Positions 25,519-37,808 of a stretch of 64,000 nt of DNA are shown here, piece after piece (the first letter of the stretch is position 1; every line of letters begins with the position of its first letter). The notes beneath the pieces are model-generated. The model saw only the letters and a program-made list of their open reading frames with translations. It ran no database searches and was not told where the DNA came from. The DNA is from Lingula anatina (Eukaryota > Animalia > Brachiopoda). The translations under genes and the position numbers were made by a program. The stretch lies in assembly GCA_051362555.1 (NCBI GenBank), contig CM120646.1:6014001-6078000 (forward strand). The letters run 5' to 3'.

Positions 25519-28500
25519 CTAGTTGCCTTTCATGCGACCACGTAGCAATCCCACGGCGTGTAGGTGAAAATCATTGAGATTACTTGCTCTCGTGGCAACA
25601 TCCAAGGTATTATTTCTCTCTCTGTTTTGGCTTCGGTCTTTCAATTTCCTGTCTCTCCCCATTGGGACCGTCTTTTCTTCGGTACGACCGCCCAGTTTCT
25701 GCCTGCCCCATTTCGTATTATGGCTGCCACCTGCACTGTTATCCGGCGGACTCGGAGCGTCACGTCTGTATCTCCGCACCCCTCTCCACTGATGAAACCC
25801 ACCGCTCGCCCAGGGATCTCGCACCCAGACTTCGACGGGACCAAAGCTTCTCCCTTCTCCACGTGCCATTAAAGGCACCTCCCATCCTGCCATGCCTGGT
25901 TCCCCGCCCCGTCGCCCACGCCCACCGAAATTGTTCCACCACATTCTGCCAGAGTATGTAACTGAAGGAGCCCCCATATCTCCAGTGTCAAAAGACGATC
26001 CCATGTTCACATATGTATCGGCATTAGACCTTCCCCTAGAGCCATCCGCCATAGTCATATCCCCTCCAGAGCCAGAGAATCCAGCCATCGGCCTATCTCC
26101 TTGACCATTAGAACCAGGCTGGCCTGGGGTGTAATCATGACCAGTTTGGTCTCCGTTCCACTGCCCAATCGAGTCACCTGGTGTTCCGGGATGAGATCCA
26201 CGTGTTCCTGTCCCACGCTCCGTGCCTTGCCCAGCATCTACTCTGTCTGCGGGTACAGTACCATATCGGTACGTGTCACCGGGACACGTTCCATCCACGT
26301 CACATCTGCCTGTTGTAGGGTTGTATTTTTTCAAGTAGGGGCAATGGCGGGGGGCAAATTCCACCTCTCCTGCCGTGTAGGAGTCAGGACACACGGCACG
26401 CATGCGCGGACGGGGCGATGCCTGGTGATAAAATGACCCCATGGCGTCAGGATGTCTGTTATTGCCCGAGCCTGATGCCGTTGGCCAGCCGTTTGAGTAC
26501 ATATCGATCGTGTTCCCCGTGCGTATAGGTGCGGGCATTTTCCGCACGCATTCCCAGTACATACAGCTAGAGTTGGGATGAGGACCAACATTACCGACAT
26601 CTTCTAGAACGGCACATCTAGGTCTTGCTGAAAGTAATAAATAATGATACAGAGTTGATGTTTGAAGGAGTTTGTATACTGCATACGACTGGCCTCCCAA
26701 AGTTGCTAATAAAACGCTATACGGTATTGGGCAGGACAAAGTCGTTTGTTACTGGAGCCTGTGGGGAAGAACTACCATGGCTCTTTTGCATTGCTTGATA
26801 CCAAGTAATTCTTAGACTGTTTATAAAAGATTTCAGGAAAAAGCACATTCCATCAGGTGCATATCACAAAATTTTCTGTGCAATGCACAGAAGGTTACAA
26901 CTATGATACAACTTCCGCTTCCTTTGCTAAAATTGATAAAAATTGGATAGCTGACTATTAAAAGTCTACTTAAAAATGTTAATATTAGAGCGTTTGACGA
27001 ACAATTGATCCAGAAAAGACGCAGTCAGCATCTCTAACTGGCTTTAGATACTAAGAACTATCGCAGTATACACAACCACAATTACACCGCAGACGCTTAG
27101 ATAGTCGAAAAATAGTCGAGGTTAATGGTATTAAAGATTCTTTGTGAATCACCAAATGGCTAAATTCTCAAGAGTCTTTGATAAGACCGACTTCAGACTT
27201 GAACCACTTTGTGAAGCATAGGGCCTACATCCTGGACACCAACCTGTGACCTTTTGCTCAAGGGTTGTTTCCTCCCCGCACGCATCCGTCACGTGCCACG
27301 TGCGCACGAAGGTCTGTCCTGTACATCGCCTTTCTGGGTAAATATCATGGTAAGGGGTGGTCTCTTTTAATACCACCTCATTTCCTGGAAATTAAATAGA
27401 AACAATTGAAACGAAGAGTAACAACATGGCTTAATCGACTTTTTTCGTCATCTCTTGTGTAAAGATGGCGACAAAGTCGATCACATCCTAGCGTCCAGTC
27501 CTTTGATGAGGGGTCAAAATGCCAAGGATCATAGGTAAAATTGCGCGATTAGTCTTCTTAAAACGATTTATATAAATAATATTTATGTTTTTCACCAAAA
27601 AATATCTAGGGTTATGTCTTATTCAGGCAGGTTATCTTGAGTCGGGTTAATACGTTGCATCTTTCTAATAGAGGTAAATGTAGAATTTTTTTCTTTTATG
27701 TCCCATTATTACAACTATCAAAAAGTCAATATGAAAATGGCATATATTCTACAAACAAGAAGAGGTTTCCTTCAGACGATACCCGACTTCGTCGGAGAGG
27801 AAAAATGTCTTTGGTAGGCCTATTCGACCATAAGTCAAGCCATTAGGATATTTACACCACTTTGAGATCTTACCCGGGCAGGTGGAAATATTTGGGGTAT
27901 TCAGGCCCAGGAATTCGCACGTGTAACCGCACTCATAGGTGGCGTTATCCATCACCTCCACAACTGTTTCCGAGTAGACCACAATGACCTGGGATCTGGC
28001 CGCTACCTCTCCACACTCGTCCACGGCAGTCCAGCGCCGCTCCACTGTGCCTAGAATACAATAAAATACTGTACATAGGGCTGCACCATTGACGGTTGTA
28101 CATGTACAATCATATGAAAACAGTTCACTCTGTAAGTAGCAAATCGCCTTTTTCAAGAAGGTACTAAATCATAGCAATAAATAGGTTTTACACAATTGAT
28201 CCATGAGACAGAACCATGTACCAAATTTTATTACATATTCAGCTTCATACAATGTTTATGTCCATTTATTTACTGTTTTCGATTTTGCCTCATAAGAGTG
28301 CAATGGCCTCTTAATGTTATCTGGCGCTGTTCTACCACTTGCTGCTAACTTGAAGATCATTTGTGTTTTAATATTTCAGAGAATGATACGCTAACAATGA
28401 GCATGACGGAAATTCAGATTCAATATTGTAGTCTAAAGAGAGTGTATATATCGATCAATGGAAACTGAACATACCTCTATTTGGACAGGAGAGATTCTTA

Positions 28501-31500
28501 TAGTCTTTATAAACGATACTGAGGCTGTTCCCTGGACACCGGGCCGTGCCATTCGCCCAGCCAATCAGATGTGGCGTTAGTTTGTCCATTTCATAGCAAG
28601 AAACTGTTACGTCATCAGGGACGATAATTTCTGGCGCTATGTTGTTGACCTTGATGTTCTGAACCGCTAAAGGAAAGGATTGGATATAAATAATGTGTTG
28701 TGTATATAGTTACACAAACATATGTATACCTCGTGTATAAACAGAATATTTAAAATTGTTTGACTGTACCCGGTACATTACTAACCACCTAGCAGTGGTA
28801 CTTTTACTAACTAAACAGAAATACAGATATTCTTAAATAGAAGGGGAAATTATAACTGCTGATCTGCAACTTGTATTTTTAACTTTCTATACATAAACAG
28901 TTCGTTTACTTTAAAATGCATCTTTAAATAAATCAAATGTGCTGAAAAATACAAGTGGGAGTAAATGTGACCGTTGTTACCCAAATAAAAATGTGCATCA
29001 ATTCACAAGAATTTGATTTTAATTTTTTTCACTTTGTTAATATTCAATGTATTGATAACGCCAACGGGCATTAAACCCACGGGTCGATTCTCTGATGCCT
29101 GTTAGTCAAACAATTAAGATATTGTTAGTCAAACAATTTGGATATGGCGGTAGAGACTATTTGTTTTTAGATGGCCTTTTCAAAGCATACCAGCTTTGTC
29201 ACAGTGGGCGTGTCCATAACACTTCTTTTGTGTAAAGCGCACCTGTTGTTGCACCCGTGATAACCTTATGTATTCAAGTGTACTCTACACACTTCGGCGA
29301 TGCTGGAGGAAAGTATTGCGGTTATGATATTGACAATACTCAGTTAAAAATAAAAAAAGAGGAAAAAACTGAAAATACCTGGGGCATTCACCCACATTAT
29401 CGCCAATGAGATAATCTGTTTGGTATTTTTGAAAAAGGATGAAACGACGTGTTTTCCGTGGGAATTTAAAAATGATGATTCTTCCCTATATCGACTTATG
29501 TCCTACATGTACACGCCATGCTGCTTTCATGCATTTGTTATCTCATTAGACTAGCTTTTCTTTCGGGTTTTCTTTTATTTCAAGTTATGCACAAAATGTG
29601 TCATGTTTCAATGTCACTTTGAGGATTCATGTTGATTCACCGTATAGATCTTGGTAATAAGAAGTATAAATATTTTGATGCATCTAGAAAGATCTACATA
29701 ATTTAACAACTATTATGTAGATCTTTCTAGATGCATCAAAATATTTATACTTCTTATGTTTCAATGTCAACACGTATTGTCTATCATATACCTAAGTTAT
29801 CACGGGATACCGGGAGGATTTATCCACAAAAGAAAAACACCAGGGTGTAAATTACTATAGGAAAGAGTTCAAAATAAACGAATGGAAAAGAACGAACAAA
29901 AATAAACTTATATAAATGTATTACAAAAGAATCGGATTAAGAAAATCAAAATCGTGAATTTCACAGATAAATTTACGGTTACTAGTACATGTATCTACCT
30001 GTATAGTAAGAAAAGACCCTACCCATTACCAAAACCAGGGCTAACACAAAAAATAAATATGCAGTTGCCCCACCTGCACTTTTATCGCCATTGCTGTCAG
30101 TCACAGTCCAGTTCCTTTCAATTGTAAACGTTCCGGGGCAGATGAAATCACGTACGTTATTGGTATACGCCATGTCAACCGTCAAGCCACACTGTGACGC
30201 CCCCAGTGCACGCCCCGTGCGAGACGGGTTGATGATGTCTATACACAAGACGTCGGTGGTGTTGGGTGGGATTATCAGTGGAGGCTGGTCGCACCTGCCT
30301 GTCGCTGGGAGGGAGATACGATAAGATTATCCGTTAGAAACAATTGGCTTTTCTGTATGCATATTTTCAAAAGCGCAAAAAAAGTTCCTATCAAGTGAAA
30401 ACAATCAATAAACAAATAAATAAAATAAAATAAAATAAAATAAAATAAAATAAAATAAAATAAAATAAAAATTTCGGTTAAAATTGTGTTTTTCTACATA
30501 CATGCCAAACCATGCCTTAAAAGATTTAGCAAATGAAAGCAAAGACAATATGTCAAAGCTGGAAATGGCCCAGGCCCAAACGGACTGCGCTTCTGGGCAA
30601 CTCATGAAAATAACCGACCCGCACTTTTAATCATAAATAAAATTCCAAGCTTCATTATCAAAAGAACATTTTTGTTCTAACTTTGATGAAAATGGCACAA
30701 ACCTGGCATTTCACAGATATAAGGTCTCCTCATATTGATATCACAATCCCTCCATTTTCCCGCGCTGCCGGAAGAGGTGTCCAGACACAGTCCGTTCTGC
30801 GTGTGGTCTACGTCATCAGGTTGTCCTGGTAACCAAAAGTCCCCGGCTGTAGGAGTCAACTCGGCTGTATCCACCCATCGAAAGTCTCCCTCCTTCCAAC
30901 CGTCAGAGGCGCCAATGAAGACCGCATTAATGACGGCACCGTTAGAGTCGGTCTTGCCAGAGACTGAAATACAGATATATCGACAAGTATATCTTGTATT
31001 TAAAAAAAAGTATCGCGCTTTATTATCGAATGTGTAAGATCAAATGAAATTTTCACTATTTTTTTTAGCTCACTTGTTTTTCATTAAATGTGTAAAATGA
31101 TTAACACGAAAACATGCTTCGAAAGTATTCCGTCTTTATATAGTCTTATTAGTCTATTAATAGTCTTTTAAATTTAACCTAGATATAACACCAATACAAT
31201 GAAGCAATAACCCACATGCCACTGAAACTGAAGCTATTTAGATACGTACGACTGCACCTTAATAATGAAATAACCGAAAAGTCGAAGGCGAGCCCATAGA
31301 GGGGGTGGCGGGGGGCTGCATGCCCTACCCCAGATTTGGAGGTTTCCTTTCTCCCAATTAATCAAATCAATAACTAAGTAGATAAATTAATCAAACGGTA
31401 TAAAAAGCAAAACAAAGACGTGCTGATTCATTTAGGCTCAGGTCGATTGTTACGCCAATATTCTATAAATATTTCGCAAAAAAATGAATAAATTTAATAA

Positions 31501-32759
31501 AATTTAAGATTAGAAATAATTCTGCTTAAAGCAATAGGAAAGCCTACCGGTGAGTGACACAAAGTTCTCCAGAAAATCTTGTTCATCTTGAAACCCCACT
31601 GTGACAAGGTGGCCGTTTTTATCCACACAGTCCTGCTGTGCTTCTGACCATGTTTTAGACATGTTGACAAATATATAACACTGGTCAAGGTGCAAGACAC
31701 CGGTGTCACATCCTGAAAAAAACAAACAAACAAATAATTTGGATATGTAATTAATTTTACCAGCAGTAGGCCTACAATCAGAGATTTAAATAGCACAGTA
31801 AGTTTTAACTCTAAGGAAAAAAACACAAATATTGAATCATTTCATAAATGCTTTACACATTTTTGAGAAGTTGGAGATTTTCAACTTTGGCGATCTATTT
31901 GTCAAACTTACTTAGCTCTGCGCGTGCTTCCAAAGCACCTGGAATATGAAAACGAAATTCACTTAATATTTACTTAGTCATACTTATAAATGTTGATTCA
32001 AAGCCTTTGGAATGTCAATTGTCAGAAACACACATTTGTTAAATGATAAATTTTGATAAGGTGGAATATTAGAGTAAGTTGGAAGTTTACAATATTCAAG
32101 TATATAATTGTTGTATATGAACTGACTTCCACCCAAAACACATAAAAGCATTACTGTGTCCAAATACTATGCACATGCACAAATAAAACGGTGGTCAAAT
32201 GAAATATTTAAATCAACAAATGTACATGTATGTACAAGAAGAATGAGCTGAAAATAACGATAAAATGTATATTCTTTGTTATCTGAAATATGCAGAGACT
32301 GATCGTCAGCATGTAAACATTCTGTGAATGAGTTTATTCTATAGACCAACATTATATCTTCTTTCTTTCTTTCACTACTTCTATATTCTCTTAATACTTT
32401 CTAGTGTGTGTATATATGCCTATATAAGTATGCCATGTAAAACGATTATGTTATTTCCTCAATATTTTAGATTTAACAAATACGTAGATAATATGGAACC
32501 TACAAACCAAACCATGCTAAAATTTGCACATTTTTTATTAACCAATAATCATTGAAATTTTAAATCTTAAAAGAAATAATAATCGTTCATGCTTATTTGA
32601 TACTATCAGAGCACCTATTATAACCACATGTTATCATTTGTACGATTTTTTACCAACGTATCATTTTCGTCAATCAATTTCATTAAAACTAACTTTCAAT
32701 CAAATCATTCCGTACTTACATAATATTATGGCGGCACCAATAAGCCAAGTCGCTCTCAT
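25519..32759 (-). CDS. Secreted mosaic protein: C-type lectin + 3 Cys-containing HYR-like repeats + chitin-binding type 2-like domain + Gly-rich tail (~780 aa)
   Basis: Exons 32759-32720, 31938-31912, 31712-31548, 30963-30703, 30304-30074, 28666-28475, 28050-27874, 27384-27244 and 26627-25519; all introns are GT-AG phase 1. Signal peptide MRATWLIGAAIILCALEARA. CTL motifs CYIF, TWSEAQQDC, FIGASD, EGDFRWVD, QPD, WRD and YICE. Repeats ERNWTVTDSNG / ERRWTAVDECG / VRTWHVTDACG. Confidence 0.85.
29658..29756. repeat. Perfect 45-bp inverted repeat with a 9-nt loop
   Basis: TAAGAAGTATAAATATTTTGATGCATCTAGAAAGATCTACATAAT-ttaacaact-exact reverse complement. Confidence 0.9.
30417..30470. repeat. (TAAAA)n microsatellite
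   Basis: Direct run. Confidence 0.9.
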
Positions 32760-35700
32760 ATCGCAGACTTTCCCCTAGATCACCGAAGCCTGCAATTTCA
32801 CCCAACAGTCCGTCAGGTGAAGGAATAACGGGCCTTATACGTCCCATGCTCTTCTGATGTGGTTGAAGGGGCGTGCCTGCCCCCACAGGTACTCCTAGGC
32901 CCTCGAGGGGACGATTGCAATCTTCTAAGATATCTACTTTCCCACGGTGTTGGGGACATTTCGTAAAACCACCGTGTAGGACGGTGTGGTTTCTCGCACC
33001 CTGTGTTCTGTTCGATTTATTTTCGTTATTCTGGTGCCTTGGCAATTTGATTATCTATAAAGAGAGGATGAATCGGTGTAAGGACGTCATGTTGACGTGT
33101 TCGGTACTTTAGGGTTCCATTGAGGGGGGTAGTGCTCACAGTTCACTGGAAATGAAGGTAACGATTCACAAATTACAATAAATAAAACGTAATTCATATT
33201 TCACTGAAAATGCGGGGAATACGAGTTGTACATCACGAATCTCTTAGAATAACGGCTTAGTTTCGCGGATGACGAAGAATAAAAAGTTGTATTCACGAGT
33301 CCCGGCAATGGGGTTTTTCATGGATCATGCTCAATAATATTAGCGTTTTACGCATCTCGGAAAATAAAAAGTGACTTTCACGGGTAACAAAAATACCCAG
33401 TGGGACCCTCATAACTGTGGACGATAATTCCGAGCACCACGTTTTCCCCTCTGGTTCTGTCTGCTCCCCAAGGAGGTGAGATCGTTTCAACATTGGTCAG
33501 ATCGAAGAAGACCAAGGGTTATAAAAAGCTACTCTTTACTTTTAAATCACTTTGAATCGCACAACGGAACTTGAAATAGTCTAAATGACGTCACAGGCAG
33601 TCCAGAGCATATGGGATCCATCACTGTCCGCGTCATGTCTGGCGTCCACCAGTTTGTTTTCGATCTAATCTAGTTTCGGTCCGAGCACGTTTTGCTTTGC
33701 CTTGATAAATACGGAAATAGAAATTTTGTGAAGGGGGGAGAAGGGGCGATTTTCTGATAACAATTACCGATTCCACTCCACGTAACTTTAAATAGATCTA
33801 CATGTGTATAGAATTTACCCAAAAACATGTTTTATCAAGTCATCTGATACATTATTTCATCTGTATCGTTCAAAATATATGGAGACTCATGAATAGGGTT
33901 CTAAGTAGTGCAATTTTTCCACAAGTATATTTATTTGAAAATGGTGATGCATTTTTATTTCAACGCTTTTATCTCTAGCTGAAGAGGGAAACGTCGCCGG
34001 TGCGCGACGGGTTAGAGAATATTATGAAAAAAATTTGTTACTGAGGTTGAAGATAGTTATCATTTTAATTATGCATGAAACCATTATTCTGAATTCAGAA
34101 AAACAAAGAAATACTTATTGATGAGAATATCAATACGAGACCGTCATCGATCAAGGAAGACCCCCCCCCCCCCAACCAGTACACAAGCATTCCCTTTGGT
34201 TCAAAATATATAAATTGCATGGACATCAATAAAGAGTTATGCTTTTAATGACGAGTTAGCGAAAAATGACATTTTGAGGTGTGGTTAACGGTCTTCAATA
34301 TGTATCCTTTCAGACATTTTTAAAAAGATCTATAAACATAAATTACACTCGCAATTTTGGAAATGGGTTGAAATGATATCGAGAAACAGCTAATAGACTA
34401 ATGTATAAAAAAAAACTCGTTTTCCGACCATGTGTACCGAACGCTCAGTAATACCGCCAGCTTAGTGTAGAGGAGAGTGTAAGGGAGAACGGTGAATACG
34501 TCGTGATTCGGAGGAATACTCTGTCAGGGTGTGGAAGTGACATATATGTGGCAATTTAGCACTGAAATGTACTGTATTCTAAGAAAAAGAGCGAGAGAGA
34601 GAACGCGCTTCACGCAAGAGCACAACTGAATAAAATTCCTCATTCAAAAATAAAATATATAACAAGTTGAAAATGTATAAAATCGCACACATTTACACAT
34701 TAACAGACCCTAACCCGTCTCACCAGGAGAATAATAGACTGTGCCTACCCAGAACATCCCTCTACGTACAGTTTTACTTTCACCCTGAAGATCTGCTTCT
34801 ATATGTCTGCTTGATCGTATTAATACATTTAATTACTAACAGGCCTCAAAGGAGCATCTGCCTGATCTCATCCATGTTAACTTATGATAAAGAGATTCTT
34901 ACGCGAGGGCGGACTGCTTATATCGTCCGTCATACAACTGGGAATCGGAAAGAAGTGTTTTATGAATGCGATGTCTGTCATGAAATTCCCATTGTGCGGT
35001 TGCTTACAAAATTAGCTGATGAAGACAATGGCGTGACAAGATATGCAGAGTCGAATGCGTTCGATCTAGTTTAAAAAAGGGAAAGGAAAGAAAAAAAGAA
35101 AAATTGCCACAATAGACCGCCTTAATGCAACAATTCTAGGAGGTGAACGTCTTTCGACACTAAATGAAGGTTATGTTTTTTCACATTAACAACATGTTGA
35201 AATACGAATACAGAAACACAGTTTAATGATGTAAAATTCCAATTGAAATTAATCTCTGATTGTCTTTTCTTTGACCCTTTTGGTATTTACTATATAGCTA
35301 TTCTCTTAAAACTTATATTCCCCCCTCGTTTCGTGAAAGTTTTGATTTCAAATTAAAAAATAAATAACCCCACCTTCATCTGTGGCATGATTTCGAATTC
35401 GTAGCTTTGACAATGTGAAACAGTGCAAGATGTTCCTTATTGCCAATGTACACCACTAAGAAAAATGATCAAAATTAAAAGTCTAAATAAAAACTTTACT
35501 TGCGGTCACGAAAAATAAATTGTCCGAACATTTACTTTTATATCGTCATGTAAAACAGTAAATAAAAACGGCTCTTTAGACTCCAAGGCCCTTTGTGTCG
35601 ATGTAAGAAGTTTTTTTCCATGTTTACCCAAGGAATAGATTCATCTTTTAGAGGCCAATATTATTATACAGAAAACATAAATTTTACCGGAATGTGTGCA

Positions 35701-37181
35701 TACGTACGTATGTGTCTTTGACAGAACAAGTGTCACATGCACGTATATATTCTTGATACGTCAATGGAACATGCTGGTGTCAATGCGGTATATCTGATAG
35801 AAATTGGCTAGAGCTAATCGGAAACAGATAACCTGTTTACTGCAAAGTACAACTCTTAATCATTTCCTTACCTGATGGCGAGTGGAATGAGTTAGCATGC
35901 ATGTCATCGTGGGTTGTCATTGGCCAATAGCAAGTCTACGTGGAGTTGTGGGTGGCAACACACCTGTAAATTAACCTCCAATTGACTTCCATGTCGACTC
36001 ATCTACAAGTTCCTGGTATATCTAGAACAGCGCTTTCTTTAGAACCACATATGACGGTTTTCGCAAGCACGAGTCAAGTCACTTGGAGTAGAACTGGGAG
36101 CATTACTTGGATAGAAAAAATAGCAGGAGCAACATTTGACTAATCGGAGATGCCACGTGGGGTGACTTGTACCGTAAGTGTAATACAACTTTGGTAAAAC
36201 TTTAAGAAAACACTTTGATGAAACCTTCCAATCATACCGTCGGACGCTGCTCTTTTTTACTCGACAAAGGAAAGAAAATTTTCATATTTTTTCGTCAAAC
36301 AACGCAAGTGATTAAGGTACCATATTGCATTTGTTGAAGAACTGCAGTTAGTGGCATTACTACGGCTCTCCTTCCGTCGTTTACCAATTCATTAGTGCAG
36401 GCAAATTGCATGCCAAGAGCTGACAACATCGATTTCCTTTCTCTTTTTCGAAGGCACTCTTGATAGGAATGGTGGTTGAAATAATAGTATTGAATTGAAT
36501 ACATGTCCACTAAGACATTGATAAGACTGTGTATCCTGATAGAACGATTCCATCGACTGTCGTGCAATGCGGAAGAAACCGGACTCCAATTAACTAATTT
36601 ACACAATTCATCAGCACGAATGCAGTTCCGCATACACATGGTGTACAGAACCCAAAAGAAATTCCACTAAATTATAAATTGCGAAAATTCCATGTGATTA
36701 TCCGCACCATATCAGAGATAAGCAGAGAAGAGATATATATATATATAGTTTACACGGGAGACTGGCCATTGAGACTCAAATACCACTGAGACACGTCTTC
36801 CTCGCGCATCTGTTATCACGTATCACAAATTCTTGACGAGGCCACGCTATGGCAATATAAATATAATCACGGTATCTCCTATTCATTTTGCGTCCTCGGA
36901 GAAACTAGATTAACTCATCCTCTTTGGAAGTCTGTCATCTCTACAACTCTCCAGCGTGAAGATTCTTGGTGATTAATTCCAGTTAATCGGTCCACCTGCT
37001 TCACGACACGGGTTTTACATTTCCCCACAGACGCTTTAAATGCATCATCTTGTAGAAAGTTGAAACTGATAAGTGTTCGTTAACCACAGAGGAGCGATTA
37101 CCTTCTCGTGTAACGGTAATTGAAAAGCCCGAAGGAAGTGACTGAAGACTTCATCTTCCCTTTCTTTTTGAACTCGTTACG

Positions 37182-37808
37182 ATGGGATTACTCACGTATG
37201 CGTTGTTATTTAGCATGGTCTTGGCACTTTTGGAGGGAGGCAAACATAACGGTAGCTTAAATAAACACATGTTCTGCATCTCAAGGTGCCAGCAAGGCAT
37301 TGGGGGGAACTTATGCAACTGTTCCGGTGCACACTTTCCTGGTAAACGGACACCGTTCCAATCAGTGAACAAACCGGTGACCGAGAGACTTCGGAACGAG
37401 CAAATTGGTTCAAACCCGAGTGGTTGGCACAGAGTATCAAAAAAGTTCCAGATTTCAAGAGATTTTCAAACCTGGGTTTCCAATCTCAAATTTCCGACCA
37501 GAGAGGCGTCATTCCAAATTTATCTAAAGCCAGTTGCTTCTAGTGCTAGTTCTGAAGGTAGGGATATATTGCAAGGCTTTATGCCATCTCTTCTTAATTG
37601 GCGCAAGCGTAGTAGAAAAAGGGCAAAACTGCCATCCGGTATATGCTGTGTAAACGGAGCGGCAAACAGCCAACTAGAAATTATCTCTAAACAGATGCTT
37701 CTGGAGAACATAATCCGTACAATGAGAAACTGGAGGAGAAGAGACAGCCAGGGCGATACACGTTCACAATTAGCATCCAGATTCAATCAACGACAATTGA
37801 CCATTTGA
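37182..37808 (+). CDS. Neuropeptide precursor, HFAamide-like (4-Cys peptide ending HFP-GKR)
   Basis: 208-aa single-exon ORF. Signal peptide, then CISRCQQGIGGNLCNCSGAHFP-GKR (amidation plus dibasic site). Further basic sites RKRSRKR and RRR. Confidence 0.7.
   Translation: MGLLTYALLFSMVLALLEGGKHNGSLNKHMFCISRCQQGIGGNLCNCSGAHFPGKRTPFQSVNKPVTERLRNEQIGSNPSGWHRVSKKFQISRDFQTWVSNLKFPTREASFQIYLKPVASSASSEGRDILQGFMPSLLNWRKRSRKRAKLPSGICCVNGAANSQLEIISKQMLLENIIRTMRNWRRRDSQGDTRSQLASRFNQRQLTI

Noticed and set aside
26628-26739. N-terminal part of the 406-aa ORF as a stand-alone gene start
   Set aside because: It has a non-ATG start and lies upstream of the tactttcag acceptor; the ORF is the last exon of the lectin gene.
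32716-33045. 109-aa minus-strand ORF
   Set aside because: It is out of frame with the signal-peptide ATG at 32759 and is most likely 5' UTR.
34667-35074. 135-aa ORF
   Set aside because: TTG start, no recognisable motif and no supported splice structure.
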